Positions 29,281 through 46,600 of a DNA stretch of 64,000 nt are shown here, piece after piece (position 1 is the stretch's first letter; each line of letters opens with the position of its first letter). Origin of the DNA: Eledone cirrhosa (lineage: Eukaryota). A model generated the notes under the pieces. It searched no databases, had not been told where the DNA came from, and was given only the letters and a program-made list of their open reading frames with translations. The translations under genes and the position numbers were made by a program. Location: NCBI GenBank assembly GCA_964016885.1, contig OZ024744.1, positions 110,918,001-110,982,000 of the forward strand. The letters run 5' to 3'.

Positions 29281-30409
29281 TACACAATCCACTATAACTT
29301 ACCTTGCTCTGAACACAGTAAAAACTACACGATCCACTATAACTTACCTTGCTGTGAACACAGTAAAACTACACAATCCACTATAACTTACCTTGCCCTG
29401 GACACAGTAAAACTACACAATCCACTATAACTTACCTTGCTCTGAACACAGTAAAACTACACAATCCACTATACCTTACCTTGCCCTGAACACAGTAAAA
29501 CTACACAATCCACTATAGCTTACATTGCTCTGAACACAGTAAAACTACACAATCCATTATAGCTTACCTTTACCTGAAAACAGTGGAACTACACAATCCA
29601 CTATTAATTACCTTCCTCTGAACACAGTAAAACTACACAATCCACTATAACTTACCTTGCTCTGAACACAGTAAAACTACACAATCCACTATAACTTACC
29701 TTGCTCTGAACGCAGTAAAACTACACAATCCACTATAACTTACGTTGCCATGAACACAGTAAAATTACACAATCCACTATAACTTACCTTGCACTGAACA
29801 CAGTAAAACTACACAATCCACTATAGTTTACCTTGCCCTGAACAGAGTAAAACTACTTAATTCACTATAACTTACCTTGCTCTGAACACAGTAAAACTAC
29901 ACAATCCACTATAGCTTACCTTGCCCTGAACACAGTAAAACTACACAATCCACTATAGCTTACATTGCTCTGAACACAGTAAAACTACACAATCCACTAT
30001 AAATTACCTTGCTCTGAACACAGAATAACTACACAATCCACTATAACTTAACTGACCCTGAACACAGTAAAACTACACAATCCACTATTACTTACCTTGC
30101 TCTGAACACAGAAAAACTACACAATCCACTATAACTTACTTTGCCATGAACACATTAAAACTACACAATCCACTATAACTTACCTTGCACTGAACACAGT
30201 AAAACTACACAATACACTATAAATTACCTTGTTCTGAACACAGTAAAACTACACATTCCACTCTAACTTACCTTGCCCAGAATAAAGTAAAACTACGTAA
30301 TCCACTATACCTTACCTTGCCCTGAACACAGTGAAACTACACAATCCACTATAACTTACCTTGCTCTGAACACAGTAAAACTACACAATCCACTATACCT
30401 TACCTTGCC

Positions 30410-33400
30410 CTGAACACAGTAAAACTACATAATCCACTATAGCTTACCTTGCCCTGAACACAATAAAACTACACAATCCACTATAAATTACCTTGCCCTG
30501 AAAACAGTAGAACTACACAATCCACTATAAATTACCTTGCTCTGAACACAATAAAACTACACAATCCACTATAACTTAACTGGCCCTGAACACAGTAAAA
30601 CTACACAATCCACTATAACTTACCTTGCCCTGAACACAGTAAAACTACACAATCCACTATAACAAACATTGCCCTGAACACGGTAAAACTACACAAACCA
30701 CTATAAATTACCTTGCCCTGAACACAGTAAAACTACATAATCCACTATAGTTTACCTTGCCCTGAACACAATAAAACTACACAATCCACTATAAATTACC
30801 TTGCCATGAACACAGTAAAACTACACAATCCTCTATAACTTACCTTGCTGTGAACACAGTAAAACTACACAATCCACTATGCCTTACCTTGCCCTGAACA
30901 CAGTAAAACTACACAATCCACTATTACTTACATTGCTCTGAACACAGAAAAACTACACAATCCACTATAACTTACTTTGCCATGAACACAGTAAAACTAC
31001 ACGATCCACTACAACTTACCTTGCACTGAACACAGTAAAACTACACAATCCACTATAAATTACCTTCCTCTGAACACAGTAAAACTACACAATCCACTAT
31101 AACTTAACTGGCCCTGAACACAGTAACACTACACATATCCACTCTAACTTACCTTGCCCAGAACAAAGTATAACTACGTAATCCACTATACCTTACCTTG
31201 CCCTGAACACAGTAAAACTACACAATCCACTATAGCTTACATTGCCCTGAAAACAGTAAAACTACACAATCCACTATAAATTACCTTGCCCTGAAAACAG
31301 TAAAACTACACAATCCACTATAACTTAACTGGCCCTGAACACAGTAAAACTACACAATCCACTATAACTTAACTGGCCCTGAACACAGTAAAACTACACA
31401 ATCCACTATAACTTAACTGGCCCTGAACACAGTAAAACTACACAATCCACTATAACTTAACTGGCCCTGAACATAGTAAAACTACACAATCCACTATAAC
31501 TTAACTGGCCCTGAACACAGTAAAACTACACAATCCACTATAACTTAACTGACCCTGAACACAGTAAAACTACACAATCCAGTATAACTTAACTGGCCAT
31601 GAACACAGTAAAACTACACAATCCACTATAACTTAACTGGTCCTGAACACACTAAACTACAGAATCCACTATAACTTACCTTGCTCTGAACACAGTAAAA
31701 CTACACAATCCACTATAACTTAACTGGCCCTGAACACAGTAAAACTACACCATCCACTATAACTTACATTGCCCTGAACACAGTAAAACTACACAAACCA
31801 CCAGAAATTACCTTGCCCTAAACACAATAAAATTACACAATCCACTATAGTTTACCTTGCCCTGAACACCATAAAACTACTTAATTCACTATAACTTACC
31901 TAGCCCTGAACACAGTAAAACTACACAATGCACTATACCTAACCTTGCCCTCAACACAGTAAAACTACACAATCCACTATAACTTACCTTGCCCAGAACA
32001 AATTAAAACTATGTGATCCACTATACCTTACCTTGCCCTGAACACAGTAAAACTACACAATCCACTATAGCTTACATTGCTCTGAACACAGTAAAACTAC
32101 ACAATCCACTATAGCTTACCTTGCCCTGAACACAGTAAAACTACACAATCCACTATAATTTACCTTACCCTGAACACAGTAAAACTACACAATCCACTAT
32201 AACTTACCTTGCCCTGAACACAGTAAACTACATAATCCACTATAACTTACCTTGCCCAGAACAAAGTAAAACTACGTAATCCACTATAACTTACCTTGCC
32301 CTGAAAACAGTAAAACTACAGAATCCACTATAACTTACCTTGCTCTGATCACACTAAATCTGCACAATCACTATAACTTTTTTTGCCCTGAACACAGTAA
32401 AACTTCACAAACCACTATAAATTACCTTGCTCTAAACACAGTAAAGCTAGACAATCCACTATAACTTACCTTGCCCTGAACACAGTAAAACTACACAATC
32501 CACTATAACTTAACTGACCCTGAACACACTAAACTACAGAATCCACTATAACTTACCTTGCTCTGAACACAGGAAAACTACACAATCCACTATAACTTAA
32601 CTGGGCCTGAACACAGTAAAACTACACAATTCACTATAAGTTACCTTGCTCTGAACACAGTAAAACTACACAATCCACTATAACTTAACTGGCCATGAAC
32701 ACAGTAAAACTACACAATCCACTATAACTTACCTTGCCCTGAACACAGTAAAACTACAAAATCCACTATAACTTACATTGCCCTGAACTCAGTAAAACTA
32801 CACAAACCACTATAAATTACCTTGCCCTGAACACAGTAAAACTACACAATCCACTATAGTTTACCTTGCCCTGAACACAGTCAAACTACACAATCCACTA
32901 TAACTTACCTTGCCCTGAACACAGTAAAACTACACAATCCACTATAACTGACCTTGCCCTGAACACAGTAAAACTACACAATCCACTATACCTTACCTTG
33001 CCCTGAACACAGTAAAACTACACAATCCACTATAACTTACGTTGCCCTGAACACAGTAAAACTACACAAACCACTATAAATTACCTTGCCCTGAACACAG
33101 TAAAACTACACAATCCACTATACCTTACCTTGCCCTGAACACAGTAATACTACTTAATTCACTATAACTTACCTTGCCCTGAACACAGTAAAACTACACA
33201 ATCCACTATACCTAACCTTGCCCTGAACACAGTAAAACTACACAATCCACTATAACATACCTTGCTCTGAACACAGTAAAAGTACACAATCCACTATACC
33301 TTACCTTGCCCTGAACACAGTAAAACTACACGATCCACTATATCTTAACTGGCCCTGAGCACAGTAAACTACAGAATCCACTATAACTTACCTTGCCCAG

Positions 33401-36400
33401 AACAAATTAAAACTACGTAATCCACTATACCGTACCTTGCCCTGAACACAGTAAAACTACACAATCCACTATAACTTACTTTGCCCTGAACACAGTAAAT
33501 CTACACAAACAACTATAAATTACCTTGCTCTAAACATAGTAAAACTACACAATCCACTATAACTTACCTTGCCCTGAACACATTAATACTACACAATCCA
33601 CTATAACATACCTTGCCCTGAACACAGTAAAACTACACAATCCACTATAAATTACCTTACCCTGAACACAGTAAAACTACACAATCCACTATACCTTACC
33701 ATGCCCTGAACACAGTAAAACTACACAATCCACTATACCTTACCATGCCCTGAACACAGTAAAACTACACAATCCACTATAGCTTACCTTGCCCTGAACA
33801 CAGAAAAACTAAACAATCCACTATAACTTACCTTGCCCTGAACACAGTAAAACTACACAATCCACTATAACCTACCTTGCCCTGAACACAGTAAAACTAC
33901 ACAATCCACTATAACTTACATTGCCCTGAACACAGTAAAATTACACAATCCACTATAACTTACCTTGCTCTGAACACAGTAAACCTACACAATCCACTAT
34001 AAATTACCTTGCCCTGAACACAGTAAAACTACATAATCCACTATAGCTTACCTTGCCCTGAACACAATAAAACTACACAATCCACTATAAATTACCTTGC
34101 CCTGAAAACAGTAGAACTACACAATCCACTATAAATTACCTTGCTCTGAACACAATAAAACTACACAATCCACTATAACTTAACTGGCCCTGAACACAGT
34201 AAAACTACACAATCCACTATAACTTACCTTGCCCTGAACACAGTAAAACTACACAATCCACTATAACAAACATTGCCCTGAACACGGTAAAACTACACAA
34301 ACCACTATAAATTACCTTGCCCTGAACACAGTAAAACTACATAATCCACTATAGTTTACCTTGCCCTGAACACAATAAAACTACACAATCCACTATAAAT
34401 TACCTTGCCATGAACACAGTAAAACTACACAATCCTCTATAACTTACCTTGCTGTGAACACAGTAAAACTACACAATCCACTATGCCTTACCTTGCCCTG
34501 AACACAGTAAAACTACACAATCCACTATTACTTACATTGCTCTGAACACAGAAAAACTACACAATCCACTATAACTTACTTTGCCATGAACACAGTAAAA
34601 CTACACGATCCACTACAACTTACCTTGCACTGAACACAGTAAAACTACACAATCCACTATAAATTACCTTCCTCTGAACACAGTAAAACTACACAATCCA
34701 CTATAACTTAACTGGCCCTGAACACAGTAACACTACACATATCCACTCTAACTTACCTTGCCCAGAACAAAGTATAACTACGTAATCCACTATACCTTAC
34801 CTTGCCCTGAACACAGTAAAACTACACAATCCACTATAGCTTACATTGCCCTGAAAACAGTAAAACTACACAATCCACTATAAATTACCTTGCCCTGAAA
34901 ACAGTAAAACTACACAATCCACTATAACTTAACTGGCCCTGAACACAGTAAAACTACACAATCCACTATAACTTAACTGGCCCTGAACACAGTAAAACTA
35001 CACAATCCACTATAACTTAACTGGCCCTGAACACAGTAAAACTACACAATCCACTATAACTTAACTGGCCCTGAACATAGTAAAACTACACAATCCACTA
35101 TAACTTAACTGGCCCTGAACACAGTAAAACTACACAATCCACTATAACTTAACTGACCCTGAACACAGTAAAACTACACAATCCAGTATAACTTAACTGG
35201 CCATGAACACAGTAAAACTACACAATCCACTATAACTTAACTGGTCCTGAACACACTAAACTACAGAATCCACTATAACTTACCTTGCTCTGAACACAGT
35301 AAAACTACACAATCCACTATAACTTAACTGGCCCTGAACACAGTAAAACTACACCATCCACTATAACTTACATTGCCCTGAACACAGTAAAACTACACAA
35401 ACCACCAGAAATTACCTTGCCCTAAACACAATAAAATTACACAATCCACTATAGTTTACCTTGCCCTGAACACCATAAAACTACTTAATTCACTATAACT
35501 TACCTAGCCCTGAACACAGTAAAACTACACAATGCACTATACCTAACCTTGCCCTCAACACAGTAAAACTACACAATCCACTATAACTTACCTTGCCCAG
35601 AACAAATTAAAACTATGTGATCCACTATACCTTACCTTGCCCTGAACACAGTAAAACTACACAATCCACTATAGCTTACATTGCTCTGAACACAGTAAAA
35701 CTACACAATCCACTATAGCTTACCTTGCCCTGAACACAGTAAAACTACACAATCCACTATAATTTACCTTACCCTGAACACAGTAAAACTACACAATCCA
35801 CTATAACTTACCTTGCCCTGAACACAGTAAACTACATAATCCACTATAACTTACCTTGCCCAGAACAAAGTAAAACTACGTAATCCACTATAACTTACCT
35901 TGCCCTGAAAACAGTAAAACTACAGAATCCACTATAACTTACCTTGCTCTGATCACACTAAATCTGCACAATCACTATAACTTTTTTTGCCCTGAACACA
36001 GTAAAACTTCACAAACCACTATAAATTACCTTGCTCTAAACACAGTAAAGCTAGACAATCCACTATAACTTACCTTGCCCTGAACACAGTAAAACTACAC
36101 AATCCACTATAACTTAACTGACCCTGAACACACTAAACTACAGAATCCACTATAACTTACCTTGCTCTGAACACAGGAAAACTACACAATCCACTATAAC
36201 TTAACTGGGCCTGAACACAGTAAAACTACACAATTCACTATAAGTTACCTTGCTCTGAACACAGTAAAACTACACAATCCACTATAACTTAACTGGCCAT
36301 GAACACAGTAAAACTACACAATCCACTATAACTTACCTTGCCCTGAACACAGTAAAACTACAAAATCCACTATAACTTACATTGCCCTGAACTCAGTAAA

Positions 36401-37620
36401 ACTACACAAACCACTATAAATTACCTTGCCCTGAACACAGTAAAACTACACAATCCACTATAGTTTACCTTGCCCTGAACACAGTCAAACTACACAATCC
36501 ACTATAACTTACCTTGCCCTGAACACAGTAAAACTACACAATCCACTATAACTGACCTTGCCCTGAACACAGTAAAACTACACAATCCACTATACCTTAC
36601 CTTGCCCTGAACACAGTAAAACTACACAATCCACTATAACTTACGTTGCCCTGAACACAGTAAAACTACACAAACCACTATAAATTACCTTGCCCTGAAC
36701 ACAGTAAAACTACACAATCCACTATACCTTACCTTGCCCTGAACACAGTAATACTACTTAATTCACTATAACTTACCTTGCCCTGAACACAGTAAAACTA
36801 CACAATCCACTATACCTAACCTTGCCCTGAACACAGTAAAACTACACAATCCACTATAACATACCTTGCTCTGAACACAGTAAAAGTACACAATCCACTA
36901 TACCTTACCTTGCCCTGAACACAGTAAAACTACACGATCCACTATATCTTAACTGGCCCTGAGCACAGTAAACTACAGAATCCACTATAACTTACCTTGC
37001 CCAGAACAAATTAAAACTACGTAATCCACTATACCGTACCTTGCCCTGAACACAGTAAAACTACACAATCCACTATAACTTACTTTGCCCTGAACACAGT
37101 AAATCTACACAAACAACTATAAATTACCTTGCTCTAAACATAGTAAAACTACACAATCCACTATAACTTACCTTGCCCTGAACACATTAATACTACACAA
37201 TCCACTATAACATACCTTGCCCTGAACACAGTAAAACTACACAATCCACTATAAATTACCTTACCCTGAACACAGTAAAACTACACAATCCACTATACCT
37301 TACCATGCCCTGAACACAGTAAAACTACACAATCCACTATACCTTACCATGCCCTGAACACAGTAAAACTACACAATCCACTATAGCTTACCTTGCCCTG
37401 AACACAGAAAAACTAAACAATCCACTATAACTTACCTTGCCCTGAACACAGTAAAACTACACAATCCACTATAACCTACCTTGCCCTGAACACAGTAAAA
37501 CTACACAATCCACTATAACTTACATTGCCCTGAACACAGTAAAATTACACAATCCACTATAACTTACCTTGCTCTGAACACAGTAAACCTACACAATCCA
37601 CTATAAATTACCTTGCCCTG
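30410..37620. repeat. Recent tandem duplication of 3,604 bp (82 monomers)
   Basis: AACAAACATTG at 30661/34265, T7 marker at 32377/35981 and CACCATAAAA at 31867/35471, all offset 3,604. Confidence 0.9.
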
Positions 37621-40600
37621 AACACAGTAAAACTACACAATCCACTATAACTTACCATGCCCTGAACACAGTAAAACTACACAATCCACTATAACTTACA
37701 TTGCCCTGAACACAGTAAAATTACACAAACCACTATAAATTACCTTGCACTGAACACAGTAAAACTACACAATCCACTATAGTTTACCTTGCCCTGAACC
37801 CAGTAAAACTACACAATCCACTATAAATTACCTTGCCCTGAACACAGGAAAACTACACAATCCACTATAACTTACCTTGCCCTGGACACAGTAAAACTAC
37901 ACAATCCACTATAACTTACCTTGCTCTGAACACAGTAAAACTACACAATCCACTATAACTTACCTTGCTGTGAACACAGTAAAACTACACCATCCACTAT
38001 AACTTACCTTGCCCTGAACACAGTAAAACTACACGATCCACTATAACTTACCTTGCTCTGAACACAGTAAAACTACACAATCCACTATACCTTACCTTGC
38101 CCTGAACACAGTAAAACTACACAATCCACTATAGCTTACATTGCTCTGAACACAGTAAAACTACACAATCCATTATAACTTACCTTGCCCTGAAAATAGT
38201 GGAACTACACAATCCACTATTAATTACCTTCCTCTGAACACAGTAAAACTACACAATCCACTATACCTTACCTTGCTCTGAACACAGTAAAACTACACAA
38301 TCCACTATAACTTACCTTGCTCTGAACGCAGTAAAACTACACAATCCACTATAACTTACGTTGCCATGAACACAGCAAAATTACACAATCCACTATAACT
38401 TACCTTGCACTGAACACAGTAAAACTACACAATCCACTATAGTTTACCTTGCCCTGAACACAGTAAAACTACTTAATTCACTATAACTTACCTTGCTCTG
38501 AACACAGTAAAACTACACAATCCACTATAGCTTACCTTGCCCTGAACACAGTAAAACTACACAATCCACTATAGCTTACATTGCTCTGAACACAGTAAAA
38601 CTACACAATCCACTATAAATTACCTTGCTCTGAACACAGAATAACTACACAATCCACTATAACTTAACTGGCCCTGAACACAGTAAAACTACACAATCCA
38701 CTATTACTTACCTTGCTCTGAACACAGAAAAACTACACAATCCACTATAACTTACTTTGCCATGAACACATTAAAACTACACAATCCACTATAACTTACC
38801 TTGCACTGAACACAGTAAAACTACACAATACACTATAAAATACCTTGTTCTGAACACAGTAAAACTACACATTCCACTCTAACTTACCTTGCCCAGAACA
38901 AAGTAAAACTACGTAATCCACTATACCTTACCTTGCCCTGAACACAGTGAAACTACACAATCCACTATAACTTACCTTGCTCTGAACACAGTAAAACTAC
39001 ACAATCCACTATACCTTACCTTGCCCTGAACACAGTAAAACTACATAATCCACTATAGCTTACTTTGCCCTGAACACAATAAAACTACACAATCCACTAT
39101 AAATTACCTTGCCCTGAAAACAGTAGAACTACACAATCCACTATAGATTACCTTGCTCTGAACACAATAAAACTACACAATCCACTATAACTTAACTGGC
39201 CCTGAACACAGTAAAACTACACAATCCACTATAACTTACCTTGCCCTGAACACAGTAAAACTACACAATCCACTATAACATACCTTGCTCTGAACACAGT
39301 AAAAGTACACAATCCACTATACCTTACCTTGCCCTGAACACAGTAAAACTACACGATCCACTATAACTTACCTTGCCCTGAACACAGTAAAACTACACAA
39401 TCCACTATAACTTACCTTGCCCTGAACACAGTAAAACTACACAATCCACTATACCTTACCTTGCCCTGAACACAGTAAAACTACACAATCCACTATAACT
39501 TACGTTGCCCTGAACACAGTAAAACTACACAAACCACTATAAATTACCTTGCCCTGAACACAGTAAAACTACACAATCCACTATACCTTACCTTGCCCTG
39601 AACACAGTAATACTACTTAATTCACTATAACTTACCTTGCCCTGAACACAGTAAAACTACACAATCCACTATACCTAACCTTGCCCTGAACACAGTAAAA
39701 CTACACAATCCACTATAACATACCTTGCTCTGAACACAGTAAAAGTACACAATCCACTATACCTTACCTTGCCCTGAACACAGTAAAACTACACGATCCA
39801 CTATATCTTAACTGGCCCTGAGCACAGTAAACTACAGAATCCACTATAACTTACCTTGCCCAGAACAAATTAAAACTACGTAATCCACTATACCGTACCT
39901 TGCCCTGAACACAGTAAAACTACACAATCCACTATAACTTACTTTGCCCTGAACACAGTAAATCTACACAAACAACTATAAATTACCTTGCTCTAAACAC
40001 AGTAAAACTACACAATCCACTATAACTTACCTTGCCCTGAACACATTAATACTACACAATCCACTATAACATACCTTGCCCTGAACACAGTAAAACTACG
40101 CAATCCACTATAAATTACCTTACCCTGAACACAGTAAAACTACACAATCCACTATACCTTACCATGCCCTGAACACAGTAAAACTACACAATCCACTATA
40201 CCTTACCATGCCCTGAACACAGTAAAACTACACAATCCACTATAGCTTACCTTGCCCTGAACACAGAAAAACTAAACAATCCACTATAACTTACCTTGCC
40301 CTGAACACAGTAAAACTACACAATCCACTATAACCTACCTTGCTCTGAACACAGTAAACCTACACAATCCACTATAAATTACCTTGCCCTGAACACAGTA
40401 AAACTACACAATCCACTATAACTTACCATGCCCTGAACACAGTAAAACTACACAATCCACTATAACTTACATTGCCCTGAACACAGTAAAATTACACAAA
40501 CCACTATAAATTACCTTGCCCTGAACCCAGTAAAACTACACAATCCACTATAAATTACCTTGCCCTGAACACAGGAAAACTACACAATCCACTATAACTT

Positions 40601-43600
40601 ACCTTGCCCTGGACACAGTAAAACTACACAATCCACTATAACTTACCTTGCTCTGAACACAGTAAAACTACACAATCCACTATAACTTACCTTGCTGTGA
40701 ACACAGTAAAACTACACAATCCACTATAACTTACCTTGCCCTGGACACAGTAAAACTACACAATCCACTATAACTTACCTTGCTCTGAACACAGTAAAAC
40801 TACACAATCCACTATACCTTACCTTGCCCTGAACACAGTAAAACTACACAATCCACTATAGCTTACATTGCTCTGAACACAGTAAAACTACACAATCCAT
40901 TATAGCTTACCTTGCCCTGAAAACAGTGGAACTACACAATCCACTATTAATTACCTTCCTCTGAACACAGTAAAACTACACAATCCACTATAACTTACCT
41001 TGCTCTGAACACAGTAAAACTACACAATCCACTATAACTTACCTTGCTCTGAACGCAGTAAAACTACACAATCCACTATAACTTACGTTGCCATGAACAC
41101 AGCAAAATTACACAATCCACTATAACTTACCTTGCACTGAACACAGTAAAACTACACAATCCACTATAGTATACCTTGCCCTGAACACAGTAAAACTACT
41201 TAATTCACTATAACTTACCTTGCTCTGAAGACAGTAAAACTACACAATCCACTATAGCTTACCTTGCCCTGAACATAGTAAAACTACACAATCCACTATA
41301 GCTTACATTGCTCTGAACACAGTAAAACTACACAATCCACTATAAATTACCTTGCTCTGAACACAGAATAACTACACAATCCACTATAACTTAACTGGCC
41401 CTGAACACAGTAAAACTACACAATCCACTATTACTTACCTTGCTCTGAACACAGAAAAACTACACAATCCACTATAACTTACTTTGCCATGAACACATTA
41501 AAACTACACAATCCACTATAGCTTACTTTGCCCTGAACACAATAAAACTACACAATCCACTATAAATTACCTTGCCCTGAAAACAGTAGAACTACACAAT
41601 CCACTATAGATTACCTTGCTCTGAACACAATAAAACTACACAATCCACTATAACTTAACTGGCCCTGAACACAGTAAAACTACACAATCCACTATAACTT
41701 ACCTTGCCCTGAACACAGTAAAACTACACAATCCACTATAACATACCTTGCTCTGAACACAGTAAAAGTACACAATCCACTATACCTTACCTTGCCCTGA
41801 ACACAGTAAAACTACACGATCCACTATAACTTACCTTGCCCTGAACACAGTAAAACTACACAATCCACTATAACTTACCTTGCCCTGAACACAGTAAAAC
41901 TACACAATCCACTATACCTTACCTTGCCCTGAACACAGTAAAACTACACAATCCACTATAACTTACGTTGCCCTGAACACAGTAAAACTACACAAACCAC
42001 TATAAATTACCTTGCCCTGAACACAGTAAAACTACACAATCCACTATACCTTACCTTGCCCTGAACACAGTAATACTACTTAATTCACTATAACTTACCT
42101 TGCCCTGAACACAGTAAAACTACACAATCCACTATACCTAACCTTGCCCTGAACACAGTAAAACTACACAATCCACTATAACATACCTTGCTCTGAACAC
42201 AGTAAAAGTACACAATCCACTATACCTTACCTTGCCCTGAACACAGTAAAACTACACGATCCACTATATCTTAACTGGCCCTGAGCACAGTAAACTACAG
42301 AATCCACTATAACTTACCTTGCCCAGAACAAATTAAAACTACGTAATCCACTATACCGTACCTTGCCCTGAACACAGTAAAACTACACAATCCACTATAA
42401 CTTACTTTGCCCTGAACACAGTAAATCTACACAAACAACTATAAATTACCTTGCTCTAAACACAGTAAAACTACACAATCCACTATAACTTACCTTGCCC
42501 TGAACACATTAATACTACACAATCCACTATAACATACCTTGCCCTGAACACAGTAAAACTACGCAATCCACTATAAATTACCTTACCCTGAACACAGTAA
42601 AACTACACAATCCACTATACCTTACCATGCCCTGAACACAGTAAAACTACACAATCCACTATACCTTACCATGCCCTGAACACAGTAAAACTACACAATC
42701 CACTATAGCTTACCTTGCCCTGAACACAGAAAAACTAAACAATCCACTATAACTTACCTTGCCCTGAACACAGTAAAACTACACAATCCACTATAACCTA
42801 CCTTGCTCTGAACACAGTAAACCTACACAATCCACTATAAATTACCTTGCCCTGAACACAGTAAAACTACACAATCCACTATAACTTACCATGCCCTGAA
42901 CACAGTAAAACTACACAATCCACTATAACTTACATTGCCCTGAACACAGTAAAATTACACAAACCACTATAAATTACCTTGCACTGAACACAGTAAAACT
43001 ACACAATCCACTATAGTTTACCTTGCCCTGAACCCAGTAAAACTACACAATCCACTATAAATTACCTTGCCCTGAACACAGGAAAACTACACAATCCACT
43101 ATAACTTACCTTGCCCTGGACACAGTAAAACTACACAATCCACTATAACTTACCTTGCTCTGAACACAGTAAAACTACACAATCCACTATAACTTACCTT
43201 GTTGTGAACACAGTAAAACTACACAATCCACTATAACTTACCTTGCCCTGGACACAGTAAAACTACACAATCCACTATAACTTACCTTGCTCTGAACACA
43301 GTAAAACTACACAATCCACTATACCTTACCTTGCCCTGAACACAGTAAAACTACACAATCCACTATAGCTTACATTGCTCTGAACACAGTAAAACTACAC
43401 AATCCATTATAGCTTACCTTGCCCTGAAAACAGTGGAACTACACAATCCACTATTAATTACCTTCCTCTGAACACAGTAAAACTACACAATCCACTATAA
43501 CTTACCTTGCTCTGAACACAGTAAAACTACACAATCCACTATAACTTACCTTGCTCTGAACGCAGTAAAACTACACAATCCACTATAACTTACGTTGCCA

Positions 43601-46600
43601 TGAACACAGCAAAATTACACAATCCACTATAACTTCACCTTGCACTGAACACAGTAAAACTACACAATCCACTATAGTATACCTTGCCCTGAACACAGTA
43701 AAACTACTTAATTCACTATAACTTACCTTGCTCTGAACACAGTAAAACTACACAATCCACTATAGCTTACCTTGCTCTGAACATAGTAAAACTACACAAT
43801 CCACTATAGCTTACATTGCTCTGAACACAGTAAAACTACACAATCCACTATAAATTACCTTGCTCTGAACACAGAATAACTACACAATCCACTATAACTT
43901 AACTGGCCCTGAACACAGTAAAACTACACAATCCACTATTACTTACCTTGCTCTGAACACAGAAAAACTACACAATCCACTATAACTTACTTTGCCATGA
44001 ACACATTAAAACTACACAATCCACTATAACTTACCTTGCACTGAACACAGTAAAACTACACAATACACTATAAATTACCTTGTTCTGAACACAGTAAAAC
44101 TACACATTCCACTCTAACTTACCTTGCCCAGAACAAAGTAAAACTACGTAATCCACTATACCTTACCTTGCCCTGAACACAGTGAAACTACACAATCCAC
44201 TATAACTTACCTTGCTCTGAACACAGTAAAACTACACAATCCACTATACCTTACCTTGCCCTGAACACAGTAAAACTACATAATCCACTATAGCTTACCT
44301 TGCCCTGAACACAATAAAACTACACAATCCACTATAAATTACCTTGCCCTGAAAACAGTAGAACTACACAATCCACTATAGATTACCTTGCTCTGAACAC
44401 AATAAAACTACACAATCCACTATAACTTAACTGGCCCTGAACACAGTAAAACTACACAATCCACTATAACTTACCTTGCCCTGAACACAGTAAAACTACA
44501 CAATCCACTATAACATACCTTGCTCTGAACACAGTAAAAGTACACAATCCACTATACCTTACCTTGCCCTGAACACAGTAAAACTACACGATCCACTATA
44601 TCTTAACTGGCCCTGAGCACAGTAAACTACAGAATCCACTATAACTTACCTTGCCCAGAACAAATTAAAACTACGTAATCCACTATACCGTACCTTGCCC
44701 TGAACACAGTAAAACTACAAAATCCACTATAACTTACATTGCCCTGAACTCAGTAAAACTACACAAACCACTATAAATTACCTTGCCCTGAACACAGTAA
44801 AACTACACAATCCACTATAGTTTACCTTGCCCTGAACACAGTCAAACTACACAATCCACTATAACTTACCTTGCCCTGAACACAGTAAAACTACACAATC
44901 CACTATAACTTACCTTGCCCTGAACACAGTAAAACTACACAATCCACTATACCTTACCTTGCCCTGAACACAGTAAAACAACACAATCCACTATAACTTA
45001 CGTTGCCCTGAACACAGTAAAACTACACAAACCACTACAAATTACCTTGCCCTGAACACAGTAAAACTACACAATCCACTATACCTTACCTTGCCCTGAA
45101 CACAGTAATACTACTTAATTCACTATAACTTACCTTGCCCTGAACACAGTAAAACTACACAATCCACTATACCTAACCTTGCCCTGAACACAGTAAAACT
45201 ACACAATCCACTATAACATACCTTGCTCTGAACACAGTAAAAGTACACAATCCACTATACCTTACCTTGCCCTGAACACAGTAAAACTACACGATCCACT
45301 ATATCTTAACTGGCCCTGAGCACAGTAAACTACAGAATCCACTATAACTTACCTTGCCCAGAACAAATTAAAACTACGTAATCCACTATACCGTACCTTG
45401 CCCTGAACACAGTAAAACTACACAATCCACTATAACTTACTTTGCCCTGAACACAGTAAATCTACACAAACAACTATAAATTACCTTGCTCTAAACACAG
45501 TAAAACTACACAATCCACTATAACTTACCTTGCCCTGAACACATTAATACTACACAATCCACTATAACATACCTTGCCCTGAACACAGTAAAACTACGCA
45601 ATCCACTATAAATTACCTTACCCTGAACACAGTAAAACTACACAATCCACTATACCTTACCATGCCCTGAACACAGTAAAACTACACAATCCACTATACC
45701 TTACCATGCCCTGAACACAGTAAAACTACACAATCCACTATAGCTTACCTTGCCCTGAACACAGAAAAACTAAACAATCCACTATAACTTACCTTGCCCT
45801 GAACACAGTAAAACTACACAATCCACTATAACCTACCTTGCTCTGAACACAGTAAACCTACACAATCCACTATAAATTACCTTGCCCTGAACACAGTAAA
45901 ACTACACAATCCACTATAACTTACCATGCCCTGAACACAGTAAAACTACACGATCCACTATAACTTACATTGCCCTGAACACAGTAAAATTACACAAACC
46001 ACTATAAATTACCTTGCACTGAACACAGTAAAACTACACAATCCACTATAGTTTACCTTGCCCTGAACCCAGTAAAACTACACAATCCACTATAAATTAC
46101 CTTGCCCTGAACACAGGAAAACTACACAATCCACTATAACTTACCTTGCCCTGGACACAGTAAAACTACACAATCCACTATAACTTACCTTGCTCTGAAC
46201 ACAGTAAAACTACACAATCCACTATAACTTACCTTGCTGTGAACACAGTAAAACTACACAATCCACTATAACTTACCTTGACCTGGACACAGTAAAACTA
46301 CACAATCCACTATAACTTACCTTGCTCTGAACACAGTAAAACTACACAATCCACTATACCTTACCTTGCCCTGAACACAGTAAAACTACACAATCCACTA
46401 TAGCTTACATTGCTCTGAACACAGTAAAACTACACAATCCATTATAGCTTACCTTGCCCTGAAAACAGTGGAACTACACAATCCACTATTAATTACCTTC
46501 CTCTGAACACAGTAAAACTACACAATCCACTATAACTTACCTTGCTCTGAACACAGTAAAACTACACAATCCACTATAACTTACCTTGCTCTGAACGCAG

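Noticed and set aside
43631-43640. Unique 1-bp insertion AACTTCACCT
   Set aside because: A singleton absent from sister HOR copies; cannot be distinguished from a sequencing or consensus error.
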